This document shows, in pieces, positions 45,330 through 57,451 of a stretch of 64,000 bases of DNA. The first letter of the stretch is position 1. Each line of letters starts with the position of its first letter. The notes below the pieces were generated by a model. That model did no database searches, was not told the origin of the DNA, and worked only from the letters and a program-made list of their open reading frames with translations. Both the position numbers and the translations under genes were made by a program. The DNA comes from Perkinsela sp. CCAP 1560/9 (taxonomy: Eukaryota; Protista; Euglenozoa: Kinetoplastea): assembly GCA_965644495.1 (NCBI GenBank), contig CBFFSA010000019.1, positions 124,001-188,000 of the forward strand, in the 5' to 3' direction.

Positions 45330-47330
45330 GAAAGGGGAAGTGTTGGAGTCTTACCCAATACTTAATGGTGTTGTGGACACTCTCAGCACCATTAGTATGG
45401 TATCCCTTCTCGTTCACAAACTCCTTAAACCAACTGTACGGATATTATTCGCATTTTTTTATTATTCGCAATATACTTATTATTCGCAAATACACTTATT
45501 ATTCGCATTTTCTATTATTCGCATTTTTTTGGTTTTGGGATTTTTTGTCCTTTTTATATCTGAATGAAGTGTCACAAGCTCACAATATTCGTCGGCTTAA
45601 TGCAGGAGGAACCGTCAATTATATGCAAAAAGATGAGACTTGTACGAGTACGGTGAAGAGAGGGATGAAATTCCTCACGGAGTGTGTGAACGGAAAGTTG
45701 AAAGTAAACGGTGGATCTAGATTTCGACGTATTTTGGCAGACATCCAACTCTTTTGTGAATCTGTGGAGATGCAATAAGCAAGGGTGATTCAATAAGCAA
45801 AGATGGAGGAAGTGATTGGCAAAGGTGAGAGGAATAAGCAAAGGTGGAGGAAGATAGATGTAGTCATGTAACGAGAAGCACGATGCATTCGAGAATGATT
45901 TTAGGAAAAACCTTTTTTTGCGCAATTTAGGTACTAATTGTCCCATTCTTTTGACTGGAAGTGTGTGACCAAGCGCCGTAGATGAGGTAGGAGGCGCAAG
46001 GACAGAAGCAGAAGGCGGAGAATTCTGACTTTTTGCCGCGGCGACGACGACTTACTCGCGTGGGAATCTGTAAGCATACCTAGGGAACGTGTTTTCATGG
46101 CTCTGGAGCCCCTGCAACTTGGCGTCTTTTTTGGGTCCACCCGGGTCCACTCGGGGTCACGGTGGGTCACTAGGGGCCATGGTGGGCCACTGCTACTGGT
46201 CCTTGTTGATCATTTTGTATGTATGTAATTATTGTGATGGGAAAAATGTATTGTCCTCGCTGCAAGGTGGACCGCCACGTGTCTTTGGGGGAACCTATAA
46301 GGTGTGTAATGTGTGCATGCACCATTGAAAGTGATGCAAAAGATCCTTGCCTCCAATGTCAAAGGGTCTCTGTAATCATAGGTACGAACTACTGTCCTCT
46401 ATGTAATGCTCCACAGGACTCTGAACGACTTCTGCCCAGTGCCATCGACCATCTACACGCTCGTGAGCTTCAAGGGAAGCACAATTTTCGCGCTCTTGCG
46501 GATGGAGGGTTTTATGAAAGTCGCACCAATAGGCTGATACTGCCTTATTCAAAGACAATTCCCCTATCAGTTTTCCAAGCAAAAACAGGATCACAAGTGC
46601 GAACAATCTCTTTTACACTTTCATAGCTTTTTAGGTCATGTTTTCATAAAATCCTTCATTAATTCCTTAGTGGGGTATTATCAATGCATAGCATCTGTCC
46701 CTCGCCGGAGGTATTTCTCGCCGGTTTTTGGGTCCACTCGGGGCCACTTGGGGCCACCAAGGCCCACACTCGGGTACATACAAAGTAAGAGATACCATCT
46801 TTCCTGTGCGAAGCCGCCGCATCTGTGTTATCGGTATCTCCCTCGTCCACTTTAGCCTGGATTATGTCGTTCTTCTGCGTTTTATGAACGCTTTTCCTTA
46901 CATTTCTTTCGCATTCGGTGCAAAATACATTTGTTATTCGCATTTTTTTCTTATTCGCACGCGAATAATATCCGTACAGTCGGTTTACTATGATTTACGG
47001 AGTAGTGACGTCAAACTTGGTTCAAACCATTGTAAACCCCCCAACAATCGCTCACTACCACGGATGGCGCACTGGCAAGATGGGGAATGATGAAGCCATG
47101 GAGGGTAGGCGTATCACGACGCTTCAGCAATTTCCAATGGGTCCGCCCCGTTTTACCAGTGCCTCGAGACTCCGTGACAGTTGCGAACCACCATCCTCTT
47201 TTCCGCTGTCTACGGCCCCGATTATACTTCCGTTTGCCGACGAAAGTCTCATCGACCTGCACTCGACTGAATCCATAATTGGACATGGTTTCCTTACGGA
47301 GTGGAACGTGGGTGCAGGTGGACTGCACAT
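45330..47330 (-). pseudogene. Second Merlin/ISXO2 transposase, split by an insertion
   Basis: VQVDETFVGKRKYNRGR...VVSDCW...VNHSK (47330-46988) continues in frame as EFVNEKGYHTNGAES (45425-45330). Confidence 0.8.
45428..46985. mobile_element. TIR element with TA TSD carrying mixed transposase fragments
   Basis: TIR AACC(A/G)ACTGTACGGATATTATTCGC; TA at 45426-27 and 46986-87; contains deleted Merlin remnant (QKDET) and Cys-rich ORF with LADGGF...LPY.K. Confidence 0.8.
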
Positions 47331-47438
47331 CAAACACCCACATGAGAGACCGTGCGCCACCAGTGGCTGCCCTGGTGTTCCATTTAGAGAATGTTGTTAC
47401 AGATCGCCATGTTGTGGAAGGGTGGCCAGCTGGGAGAT

Positions 47439-47644
47439 AACCCAGATTGAAAGGGGCGAGGGAGATACGAAGCAACAGGCGTGGCAGATTCCCACTGAAA
47501 AGAAATGGTATCTTCCCGCACGAGAAAAGCCTTTGCGCTTGCTAGCTCGGAGACAAACTTCGTGCGAGGAGATACCATTTCTTTTCAGTGGGAATCTTCC
47601 AGGCCTGTTGCTTCGTATCTCCCTCGCCCCTTTCAATCTGGGTT
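47439..47644. repeat. Second copy of the 205-bp fold-back palindrome
   Basis: Near-identical to 34733-34937. Confidence 0.9.
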
Positions 47645-47683
47645 TATTATATTTACTTAACATACCTATACCTTGATAACATA

Positions 47684-48033
47684 AAGGGGGGGTTCGTCTA
47701 TTATTAACAACCATCTATTATTAAAAATGATATTATTTCATCTATTATTAACATTCATCTATTATTAACAAGAATTAATTTTCTTCATTTTTCGCAGCTT
47801 CCCTAAAGGAAAATTCGCTAAAACTAACTTTCATGGAGCTTTTTTTCGTAAAAGTTGGGTTATTCTTGGGGACAAGGGTAGTAAACAAGCCGAAAATAAG
47901 CCGAAAAGGTCTATTGTTAATAATAGATGAAAAATTCATCTATTATTGAAAAAGGGGGTATTATTTCATCTATTATTAACAAACCGTCTATTATTAACAA
48001 AAACGTTTGTTAATAATAGACGAACCCCCCCTT
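47684..48033. mobile_element. MITE flanked by a 21-bp direct repeat
   Basis: TIR AAGGGGGGGTTCGTCTATTATTAACAA; internal CATCTATTATTAA repeats; TACCTATACCTTGATAACATA on both sides. Confidence 0.8.
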
Positions 48034-48697
48034 TACCTATACCTTGATAACATACCGGGGGGTATGTTAAATGGGTATGTGGTTTATGTCCCAGGGCTAC
48101 GCTCACAGTTGGGTATCTATAGAATTCAGATCTCCCAGTACTACGCTTTCATGGGGGTTAGAGTGAACGCGTACATGTGTCTATAAATTCAAGAAAAGAG
48201 GAAAAGACATTTCAATATATATTTTTGACTGGCACATTCTTGCTAAAGCCTCTCGCACTTTCACCCCTTGAGGATTGATCCTTGACGCAATGAAGCGCCG
48301 TTGCCTTTGATACGTCGGACCGTTCGTAAACTGGTCCAATCTTTTTCACTACTTTTGAGTCCGAATCGCTAAGACAAACATTCAATTTCTCTTGCATCGT
48401 CAAACACACTTTAGAAGTCCTAGGTGTGCTGATAGAGAGAGAATGAAGTGCCTTGGTGGAGGACGGCTGACGACTGGGGGAACCAAATTATTTTTTTCGT
48501 TGAACGACATTTTCATGTCGTTCATCCCAAATTTTAATGACTTAAACAATTGAAAAACTAGAAGTCAGTATGGAAGGAAATACTTTTTTAATAGATTTTT
48601 AGTGTCTCTATCACACGTTCAACGTACGGCAACGATTCGTTTGAACGACCCCTATAAAATTTATCCACATAAGAATATCTTAATTCAGTAACGTGTA

Positions 48698-49432
48698 ATG
48701 GACTACCAGCCCTCCAAAGTGCGTCCCTCCAAAGTGCGAGGCGTAAATATGCCACAAGAAATGGACCTTGAACGTCTAATTAGTGGTGTTTCCAAACCAC
48801 ACGAAAGTTGGAGTTCACGGACACCAGCATGTCAGTGGATAGGCATAGAATGCAATCTCGACGAACAAGTCACGAAAATATTTTGGGCTCGTCGATCACT
48901 CCGTGGGCACTTGAATTTTTCGCACATCCCAATCTCAGTAGTGCGTTTCGATGTTGAAGAAAACATGTTAACTGGTGGAATATTTTTGAGTGGCTTGTCT
49001 CCGTTAGTGAATCTTAAAGATTCCATTATTGGTAGGAATGAGTTTACTGGAAATCCGGACCTTACAGTTTTACCACAAAATTTGTCGTCGACATGGATGG
49101 AGCAGAACAAACTTTCGGGTGAAGTATGTCTTACCCAACTACCTACTGAATTGAAGCATCTCGACATCAGTTGCAATGAATTAACTGGGAATATTGATCT
49201 GCGGTCTCTCCCGAGTACTCTACGTAGTTTATATATGAACCAAAATTTATTTGAAGGAATTGTGGACTTGTCACATCTTCCACAAAAGCTTGATGACTTC
49301 TTTATTGATGACAATGAACTGTTGGAAGGTACCATAATGTTAAGCAGCCTCCCTGCTAATTTAAAAGGTGAGGTTTTACGGATGACGAGAAATACTAAGC
49401 TTATTGTTGCTTCGGAATCACTCTTGGGGTAA
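48698..49432 (+). CDS. LRR protein
   Basis: SKVRGVNMPQEMDLERL, PACQWIGIEC, LRRs. Confidence 0.85.
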   Translation: MDYQPSKVRPSKVRGVNMPQEMDLERLISGVSKPHESWSSRTPACQWIGIECNLDEQVTKIFWARRSLRGHLNFSHIPISVVRFDVEENMLTGGIFLSGLSPLVNLKDSIIGRNEFTGNPDLTVLPQNLSSTWMEQNKLSGEVCLTQLPTELKHLDISCNELTGNIDLRSLPSTLRSLYMNQNLFEGIVDLSHLPQKLDDFFIDDNELLEGTIMLSSLPANLKGEVLRMTRNTKLIVASESLLG

Positions 49433-50859
49433 TCTACTCTCTTGGGGCAATCTCTCTCGGGGTAGAGTGTGTTTTGTTTTCGCAAATATCTCACTTTTCT
49501 TACACCGGACTGGATTTATAAACATAAATCCAAAACGTATATAATTTAGTCGCTTCGTTAAACGCGGTGGTTGTTTTCAACATAGCAGTCACTCATGCTG
49601 CGAGCTTCGCGTTGAAAACTACCTGCGGGTTCAAAATAAGCGACTAAAAAAGAAAAATTGAATAGGAAACCTAAAGATATCGGAAGGATTCGAGCCAAAC
49701 ATAGCAGATTTGGGGTAAAAATGGGGGCATTTTCGCATTTTTTGGTTCTCAGAGCACTAAGTCCGACATTCGCGTGTGGGCAATCGCTCGTAGACATGAA
49801 TTAAAACCTGCAGAACGTAATGGGTAAAGAATGCGACTCCAACCACACCATTATTCCGACAGAAAAGTGCCCCTTTGGAACCACGGCTCCAGGGAGCGGT
49901 GTCTTAAAAAAATATTGTTCTTTTTTATCTTCTTATCTGCTCATCTGTTCTTCTTATCTGTGTATCTGTGCTTGCACTCGCCTACACTCACATTCAGTCG
50001 TGCGCACGTCAGGTTCGGTACACTTTGTGTCAACTGCTCCGTGGGTTGAAAAGGATACTTCTCTGGGAAGTATTGCCATTTGGAATCTGAAATGGCTCTG
50101 ATTGTAGTGGCTGTGGCCTGCTCTGTGTGAAATGGTGGTATTGACTCCCATCTTGTCCTACACTCTTCCGTATCTGTGTACCATTTCCGAAATCGACAGT
50201 ATGTTGGTAGACGTTTCAAGTGTGGTGCGCACTTGGTCGGTCGTGTCCCATACCCACTCTGGAACTTTGTCCTCCGGGCTTGGTAAGAGGGGTCACAAGA
50301 GTCCACATCCGACCTTCAGGATCTCTTGGGCGTGGAGACGGAGGAGGGATTGGAGTAAACGATCAAGAGTAGTTACACTGGTGGATAGATAAGAGGGTGG
50401 GTAAAGTATTGATGAAAAAGGACGAAAATTGAAAAAAGCACTGCTCCGTGCAATAATATTTTTTCGTCTATTATCCGACAAAAATCTACCCTAAATTGAC
50501 CCTATTTTTTTGAGAAACAAATGCTTTTATTTTCGTTTTTTACAATTGTTTTTCGTAATTTTGCGTACGTCTGGTACGTTCCTTTCGTATTTCCGCATTG
50601 ATTTCGTCTATATGGGCTGTCTAGGGTGCGCACCATTAGCCGGAATAATATTGGTGACTTCAATTCTACTGAAAACTACTGAAAATGTTGTTCTATGGAT
50701 GAAAAATCATTCTTCGGGGCGTACACTCCTTGTTTTCGCTGTGGAGAGCGACTTCGGAAACTTTTTTAAAAGAATTTGAGGACGCACCCAAGTGTGGTTT
50801 AGAAGTGCCAGAATTCGGTCTCTTTTTTATCACCAAAAGCCGAATCGTTGATGAAACCC

Positions 50860-51050
50860 GTGGCTGGCTTCTTATTGCGAGCCACAGATCGCCGTTACCG
50901 TGTATACTGGCACCGGGGGAACTCAAGGTACGTGTCCAGACGACCTTAGAGGGAACAGATGCAAGCATATTTATTTTGTTTTGATGAAGGAACTTCATGA
51001 TGAAAAACATCTGGCTGTTTTGAAATCTGAATTCACTACACGGGAACTTT
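50860..51050 (+). pseudogene. SWIM zinc-finger fragment
   Basis: GTCPDDLRGNRCKHIYFV; cut by a Merlin-type terminus at ~51052. Confidence 0.45.
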
Positions 51051-51927
51051 CGGCCAAAGTAAAGGAATATTGCATAAGTCAAGGAATATTGCATAAGTCA
51101 AGGAATATTGCATAAGTCAAGGAATATTGCATAAGTCAAGGAACATTGCGTAAGTCAGGGAATATTGCATAAGTCAAGAAGCACTTCTGTCCTCCCGGTG
51201 AGGCCCCGGAGTTGCAAGAGGCCTCCATACCCCACAACTACCACCTTCCCCCCATATTTAGCGGGGGTCGCTCGAGCGACCCTTTTGCCGAAAAAATCGC
51301 GCTTTTTCACCCAAAAAAGGAGATTGTTCACAATGTTTTGGCAATTTTTCTTTTTTAGGCTCTTCGTTAAACGCGGAGGTAGTTTTCAACGCGAAGCGCA
51401 CAGCGTGAGTGACTTCTAAGTTGAAAACAACCACCGCGTTTAACGAAGAGCCTAAAATTAATGACAGGGGGAGTAACTAATTCTGCACATAAAGAGGTTT
51501 GTCCATAAAAAAAGCGCCGCGAATTGTTTTACTCTTTTTTTGGTTTTTCCAGTATTTAGTTATTGTTCCTAGAGCCACGTATTGTGCCTAGAGCCAGTTA
51601 TTGTGCAGGGGGGGGGGGGGGGCACAATAACCCGGAACACGGTTTACATGACATTTGTGAACGTTTGTAACTGCCTATTGTTCTGGAAATGTGTTGAAAT
51701 GTGTTTTAGAAGTGTTGAAGCTATAAATTTTATTCAAAAATTAATAAAAAAAGTAAGTGAAAAAAAATTACCAGTTTTTGAACTTTAGGGTTCATTTTTT
51801 CCGGAATACTTTCCTTTTTTGTCCCTTCGTTACAAACCGTGGTTCTTTTCAACCTTCAAAAGGCACTACATCTTACCCGCTTTTTTTCTTTTCCCTTCCT
51901 TTTCCCTCTTTCCTGTATATTCCCCCT

Positions 51928-52572
51928 ATGTCTCCCCTCTTTATCATGGCCTCGGACCCCTCCCCCCCACCGGGACATGGCTCCACACCCTCCAAGCTCG
52001 CCTCCACCACACTCCCCCCGGAGTTTCACCTCTCCCGTTTCCTCCACCCCCTCACCAACCCGCACAGCTCATGGGAGACCTCCCACGCGGCCTGTGAATG
52101 GGAGGGGGTGAAGTGTAACGACCAGAAGCAACTCGTCGCGTTGCTCTGGCAGGGGAGGGGGTTGAAAGGGGGGGTGGCCTGGGAGCACCTGCGGGTACTC
52201 CCGGCTACCCTAGTGGAGATCCACCTCGGGGAGGGTCACTTGTTTGACCGGAATGAGCTGCACGGGACGGTGGACTGGGGCGCGCTTCCGCGGGCCCTGG
52301 AGAAGCTGTCGTTGTCGTACAACCAGTTTGAGGGGGGTGTGGTGTTTTCGGAGCTCCCGCGGACGCTGCGGGAGTTGGATGTGGAGGCGAATCGGTTTTC
52401 GGGGGAAGTGGATTTTGAGGCGATCCCGGAGGATATGTTTGCGTGTGTGTTGTCGCATAATTGGAAGCTGCGGGGGACGTTGGATTATTCGAAGTTACGA
52501 AAACGGGTTATTTTTATGGTATCGAGTACGGAGATTGAGGTAAAGGAAAGGATGATGCAGTTTAGGTTTTAA
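51928..52572 (+). CDS. LRR protein
   Basis: LPPEFHLSRF, AACEWEGVKC, LRRs. Confidence 0.82.
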   Translation: MSPLFIMASDPSPPPGHGSTPSKLASTTLPPEFHLSRFLHPLTNPHSSWETSHAACEWEGVKCNDQKQLVALLWQGRGLKGGVAWEHLRVLPATLVEIHLGEGHLFDRNELHGTVDWGALPRALEKLSLSYNQFEGGVVFSELPRTLRELDVEANRFSGEVDFEAIPEDMFACVLSHNWKLRGTLDYSKLRKRVIFMVSSTEIEVKERMMQFRF

Positions 52573-53018
52573 TGGGAATGCGGTGTGAAGAGTTTCAAAA
52601 AAAATTGAAGAAGAGTTTCTTTGCTGTTTCCTACGCTGTGTTATGGGAAGATGATTTACATAAAAAGCTGCTAAAATAGTGGTCGCGTATCTCCTTTTAA
52701 TAGAAAGAGTAATTTTGGTATCTCATTTGGTTACGCTAATTTTGGTTGGAGCAATTTTGTTGGAGCTCATTGGAGCAATGAGCAATTGGAGCGAATGTTC
52801 ATCGTAAAAAAGATTTGTCACATGCTTTTTTCTTACCCACTTTTCTCCTTTCTATTTTTCGCTGAAAAATATCCTAAACTTATTATTGTATTGCTTTTTT
52901 CTATTATTTACATGTATAGACGCTTATAAAAGAGTCCGGTGAAGAGCATTCCTTTCAATACGCTGTATGCACTTTTTACTTTCTGCTTTCATTACTTTTC
53001 TTCATTTTTCTTGTTTTC

Positions 53019-53300
53019 ATGACAACTGCAAAAGTATTAAAATTGTATCGCTCGTCTTTGAAAGCGGCACGCGATTTCGTAGATTACAATTTTCGTGAAT
53101 ATGCGCTGCGTTCCGTGCGAAACCGATACCGTAGTAACCGTTCTGTCACGAATCCGCAACAGATTGAAGACCTGATCCGTGAAGGAGAGAAAAACTTGCA
53201 AATTCTTCGCCGACAAGTTCTTATAGGAAAGCTATACGCGTCTAACTCTGTATTTCTGTCTCGCAACTCTGAAAAATCGGATTCTGAAAAAGTGACTTAG
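53019..53300 (+). CDS. ISD11: LYR-motif protein ISD11/LYRM4 (Fe-S cluster assembly)
   Basis: VLKLYR..LK.A..F.DYNFREYA.R.VR..YR.N, L.ILRRQV.I..LY. Confidence 0.85.
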   Translation: MTTAKVLKLYRSSLKAARDFVDYNFREYALRSVRNRYRSNRSVTNPQQIEDLIREGEKNLQILRRQVLIGKLYASNSVFLSRNSEKSDSEKVT

Positions 53301-53504
53301 CCCTCATATTTGCTCCCTTTAGACAACTGTATATGGACGGAGTAGTTAGTATCTTTTGTGTACGTTCATTCTGGATGTGAAAATACATTGAATGTGTTTT
53401 TGAATTTTATGTCGTTGTAAAAACGGAAGTATTCTTTCAACTCTATCTAAAGCATACACACAAGTACCAGATCTTTCTTCATACATTTATACACCCATAT
53501 TTTC

Positions 53505-54116
53505 ATGAAATCAGAAAAGAAATGTTCTCCATCCAATTCTTTACCAAAAAAGCGATCCGTCTCTTTCGCTACTACCATACCTCAGCGCAATGAGTACGTA
53601 ACCCTTAACCCCTCCAACGTATTTGGCACTTCTCTGTTTGATTACAACATTGCTCGCAAGAAGGAAGAGGACGAAATTGTGAAACGAAGAATTTTACGTG
53701 GATCCCACAGTTTTCACACATCCTTACCCCTCGAAACTCTAAAATCGGATCCAATCCAAAACGACGGGAGCAATAAAATAATAAAAAAAAGCAGCAAGCG
53801 TAAAAAGGGTGGGAATCCCTTTATCGATGTAAAAGATTCGAAGGCTACGAAAACCAATGCTAAGAGAACTAAAATCCAAGACATATCGAATTGTGAAGAC
53901 AAATTGATATTCCCTGCCATGCTAGAAGAAGACTCCACTCACATTCCGATCACTTCTCAGCAAGTGTTTCACCCTTTTCAGATTCCTACCGCTTTAGACA
54001 CAAACTGGCTTACGGTTCTGGAGCTAAAGCGGGAACTCTCGACAAGAGCGCTTCCTGTTTTCGGGAACAAAGCTTCTCTAAGGAAAAGATTAGAAAAAGC
54101 ACTTAAGGAGTCGTGA
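53505..54116 (+). CDS. Hypothetical protein with C-terminal SAP domain
   Basis: LTVLELKRELSTRALPVFGNKASLRKRL. Confidence 0.75.
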   Translation: MKSEKKCSPSNSLPKKRSVSFATTIPQRNEYVTLNPSNVFGTSLFDYNIARKKEEDEIVKRRILRGSHSFHTSLPLETLKSDPIQNDGSNKIIKKSSKRKKGGNPFIDVKDSKATKTNAKRTKIQDISNCEDKLIFPAMLEEDSTHIPITSQQVFHPFQIPTALDTNWLTVLELKRELSTRALPVFGNKASLRKRLEKALKES

Positions 54117-54214
54117 ATGGCAAAAAGGGGTCATTAGTCCACTCGGTCGGTCTTCAATTTGATATTTCGCTCAAATTGATAAAAATATCTTTATGAAAAC
54201 GCATCTTTAAAATA

Positions 54215-54696
54215 CCGTGGAAACATTAATTAAGAGACACATTAAATAAGGGAACACTAATTAAGGGAATAATTATTTTTTGTCGATTTTTGTCATTTTC
54301 AGACAATTAATAATTAATAATTATTTTTTCCACCCATGGCCCAGGCACCCCCAAACCCTGCTGAGCGCGCATAGCAATATTTCAGAGTTTAGGTTAAAAA
54401 AACAAAATATGCAACCGAAACGTTCTAATACGTGAAGTATCCACTTATTAACACACTTTCTCGAATTTTCACTTGTTATCACACAATTCGCTTATTATCA
54501 CACCGAGGTGTGATCAAAAAGGTGTGATAATGGGTGGTCCCCCCTCTACTTATCTCGTGATCTTTGGCTATTTTCAACTTGATTCCCGCAAAACAATTAA
54601 GGGAACATAAAATAAGGGAACACTAATTAAGGGAATAATTCTTTTTGAAAACCATTTTCCCTTAATTAGTGTAATTCTTAATTAATGTTTCCACGG
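54215..54696. mobile_element. Tc1/mariner-type MITE
   Basis: TIR CCGTGGAAACATTAATTAAGA, TA on both sides. Confidence 0.85.
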
Positions 54697-54879
54697 TATG
54701 TATTTTTAAAATAATCTTTCATCTTATTTTCTCTCACTCTCTTGATTTAATAAAAACCAGTGATTAGTTTTGTACAAACACATACACCAAAATCTCATTA
54801 TCTCTTTTTTCTTTATTTCAAAGGTCCTTTTCTTTAATCCTTCTCCTCACACAACAAACACAACCGCACCGTCCGTTTC

Positions 54880-55983
54880 ATGGCACATTTTTCAAACCTC
54901 CCTATTCCCGAAAAATCGTTTCCTGCGCAAGAGGCAAAACCTTTGCCTCCTTGTTTCACCTTTTCTTTTTGTTCTTCAACAACAACAACAGCAACGACTA
55001 AAAAACAATCTTTTAAAACGCAACCTACAAAACATATTCAGTGGTCACACAAACTGATTGGGAGCTCGACTGAAAAATTGCTGCCATCGCCGATTCACAA
55101 ATCGCGCCTCTGGTGGGCACAAAAACAAAAAATTTGCTCTCGTCCTCAATCTGCAATTATTCCTTTAGCGGGTACAAAAGGCATCGTTCTTCGCTGTCCT
55201 GTTGGGGGAAGTGTCACGCTTTCCTTTGCCGCGCTCTCCCGTGATTTTTGTGACGAATGGATAAACGAAAGTCAACCGAATGTGAGGGGAGCGAAATCTC
55301 GGCGAACGCAAGTCGTAGAACTCGAACGAAGTCCCGTTTTAGCAAAAACACAAAAAGCCAAAGGCTTCCCGGTTTCGCCAATTTTTTCACCGGAAAAGAC
55401 AAGTCCCCAACAGGATACACACAGAAAAACAAAATATAGGACTGGACGCAAAGTGCGACTTATGATTTCACCTCTTTCTTCATTTCCGTCCAACGCACCA
55501 CTTGAAGCGTACAACACAGCATCCTTTTCAAAACACGGCCATCGAGAAGAAACACAATCGAATTTTTCGTCTTCTTCGGACAGCTTTTCACCGGATGGGC
55601 GGGATTCTTTTTTTCGCCCACCTTCTTCTTTTTTTTCTTTTTCTTCTTCTTCATGTTCTTCAGTACCTCGTTCTTTTACTCTCGCTACCTTAACGGCACA
55701 ACGCCCAAGCCAAGGTTTGTCTTTTTGCCTACCCCCAGGGTCGTATTCGGTGTATGGCATAAAATACAACGAGAGCAATCCGAGTCCAAACTCTGATTCT
55801 TCTTCTCAAGCTTTCGGTTCTCTAGAACGTTTCAAAAATAAAGAAAACTCGAAAATGGATTTTCGGGATTTCATAAAAACTAAAAGGAGAAGAAAACAAC
55901 AAAAGGAAGAAAGCAGAGATTTCTCTTTTTCTGGTGTTTATCTTCAATGGAAACAGAAAGGTATTCGGGTGTATAATGCGTGA
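54880..55983 (+). CDS. Hypothetical Ser/Lys-rich protein
   Basis: 367-aa ORF in the + strand gene run; no recognised domain. Confidence 0.55.
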   Translation: MAHFSNLPIPEKSFPAQEAKPLPPCFTFSFCSSTTTTATTKKQSFKTQPTKHIQWSHKLIGSSTEKLLPSPIHKSRLWWAQKQKICSRPQSAIIPLAGTKGIVLRCPVGGSVTLSFAALSRDFCDEWINESQPNVRGAKSRRTQVVELERSPVLAKTQKAKGFPVSPIFSPEKTSPQQDTHRKTKYRTGRKVRLMISPLSSFPSNAPLEAYNTASFSKHGHREETQSNFSSSSDSFSPDGRDSFFRPPSSFFSFSSSSCSSVPRSFTLATLTAQRPSQGLSFCLPPGSYSVYGIKYNESNPSPNSDSSSQAFGSLERFKNKENSKMDFRDFIKTKRRRKQQKEESRDFSFSGVYLQWKQKGIRVYNA

Positions 55984-56425
55984 GCGTTGAGTGTTTACTC
56001 TTTATAAACGCTTTATATTGGGATACACACAAGTAAACTAATGAATGATATGAACTTACTTTTCGCATGCATCTATCTACGGAGTCAGAGTATACAGCAT
56101 ATTATATTTGTGAGTGGCATTTGATTGCACGTTACTCCGATGACAGTCCTGTAGATATGCAACGTCCTGTAGCATGACAATAGTATGGCTCATTGGCTGG
56201 TAGATTTGGTGTTAGATTCTTCTATAGAGGATGTGCGGTGATCCTTTTATGCATTTATGTATGTGCTTATGTGCTTCTTATTTATTCCCTATAGTAAATT
56301 TCTTGCGCTTTATTTTGTTGCCATTGCTCGCGCTTAAACTTATGGTTCGAATCACTATAATCACTGTCTGAATTACTTCACAATTTTTTACGAGCACTGT
56401 AAGTAGTTCTTAGACGTGGTTATGC

Positions 56426-57304
56426 ATGTATGTTATTCTAAAACTATCTACGATGTTTGCACCTCAAATGCAGTTAGCAGATACGCAGCAGTCGCAGAAT
56501 ACACGACAGAGACATGATGGAACTTCTTTGTTGTCTGTAGCACGGGGAAACCTATCAGAAGCCACAACACCCGTTGTTTGTCTCGGTAAGGTTCGAGGAT
56601 CGAGTTTACCACAGGAATATGAACTTGCACGATTGATTGCAGATGTTAGAAATTCACATTCCTCCTGGAATGTTTCAATAGCTGCGTGCAAATGGCAAGG
56701 TGTGACGTGTGATGAAGAATTACGCGTCACACAAATTTACTGGACAAAGAGACTTTGGAATGAATATTTGACTTACGTAGAAGTAAATTTAAAGCCTCTT
56801 GCAGGACCCCTTCACTGGCATTATTTGCCCCGTACACTGCTTCGTTTTTCTGTTGCGTCTAATAAGCTCATAGGAACAGTTCCGCTTGATTCGTTGCCTC
56901 CGGACCTTTTGTTCTTTTACGCATCCGACAATACGTTTACTGGTGAATTAAACTTGACAAGCTTGCCGTTAACGTTGAAGGGACTGAGTCTTAAAGCTAA
57001 CATGTTTGAAGGATGTGTGGACTTTACTCAGCTACCACCGAATCTAACATTCTTGACCGTTTCTGGCAACGAACTTTCCGGAATCGTTGACTTATCTTCT
57101 TTGCCGGACACGATGTTCGAACTTGATTTGTCCAACAATCAATTCGAGGGTCCAATAGTATTAGGAGAAATCCCTTCAAGATTAGAGATGCTAAAACTTG
57201 AGAATAATGCAAAACTTTGCGGTGAGATTGATGTGGGCTCTTTTGATGAGAAAGACATAGTCATAGAATACAGCCAGACCAATATCAGATCTAAAATGAT
57301 TTGA
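56426..57304 (+). CDS. LRR protein
   Basis: GKVRGSSLPQEYELARL, AACKWQGVTC, LRRs; start codon uncertain. Confidence 0.85.
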   Translation: MYVILKLSTMFAPQMQLADTQQSQNTRQRHDGTSLLSVARGNLSEATTPVVCLGKVRGSSLPQEYELARLIADVRNSHSSWNVSIAACKWQGVTCDEELRVTQIYWTKRLWNEYLTYVEVNLKPLAGPLHWHYLPRTLLRFSVASNKLIGTVPLDSLPPDLLFFYASDNTFTGELNLTSLPLTLKGLSLKANMFEGCVDFTQLPPNLTFLTVSGNELSGIVDLSSLPDTMFELDLSNNQFEGPIVLGEIPSRLEMLKLENNAKLCGEIDVGSFDEKDIVIEYSQTNIRSKMI

Positions 57305-57451
57305 CTTACTTGGCGAACCGTATAAATCGCACGGAATGCCGACATATGGTAAATTTCCCCTAAATTGGTGAAAGAGAGATGTTCAATTCAATTAAAGTCG
57401 TCATAAGCTTCACAAAATCAATTCACACGGCGCTCGGGAATGAGAAAACAG

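Noticed and set aside
48212-48460. Pogo/CENP-B-like HTH fragment
   Set aside because: Too short and degenerate to support.
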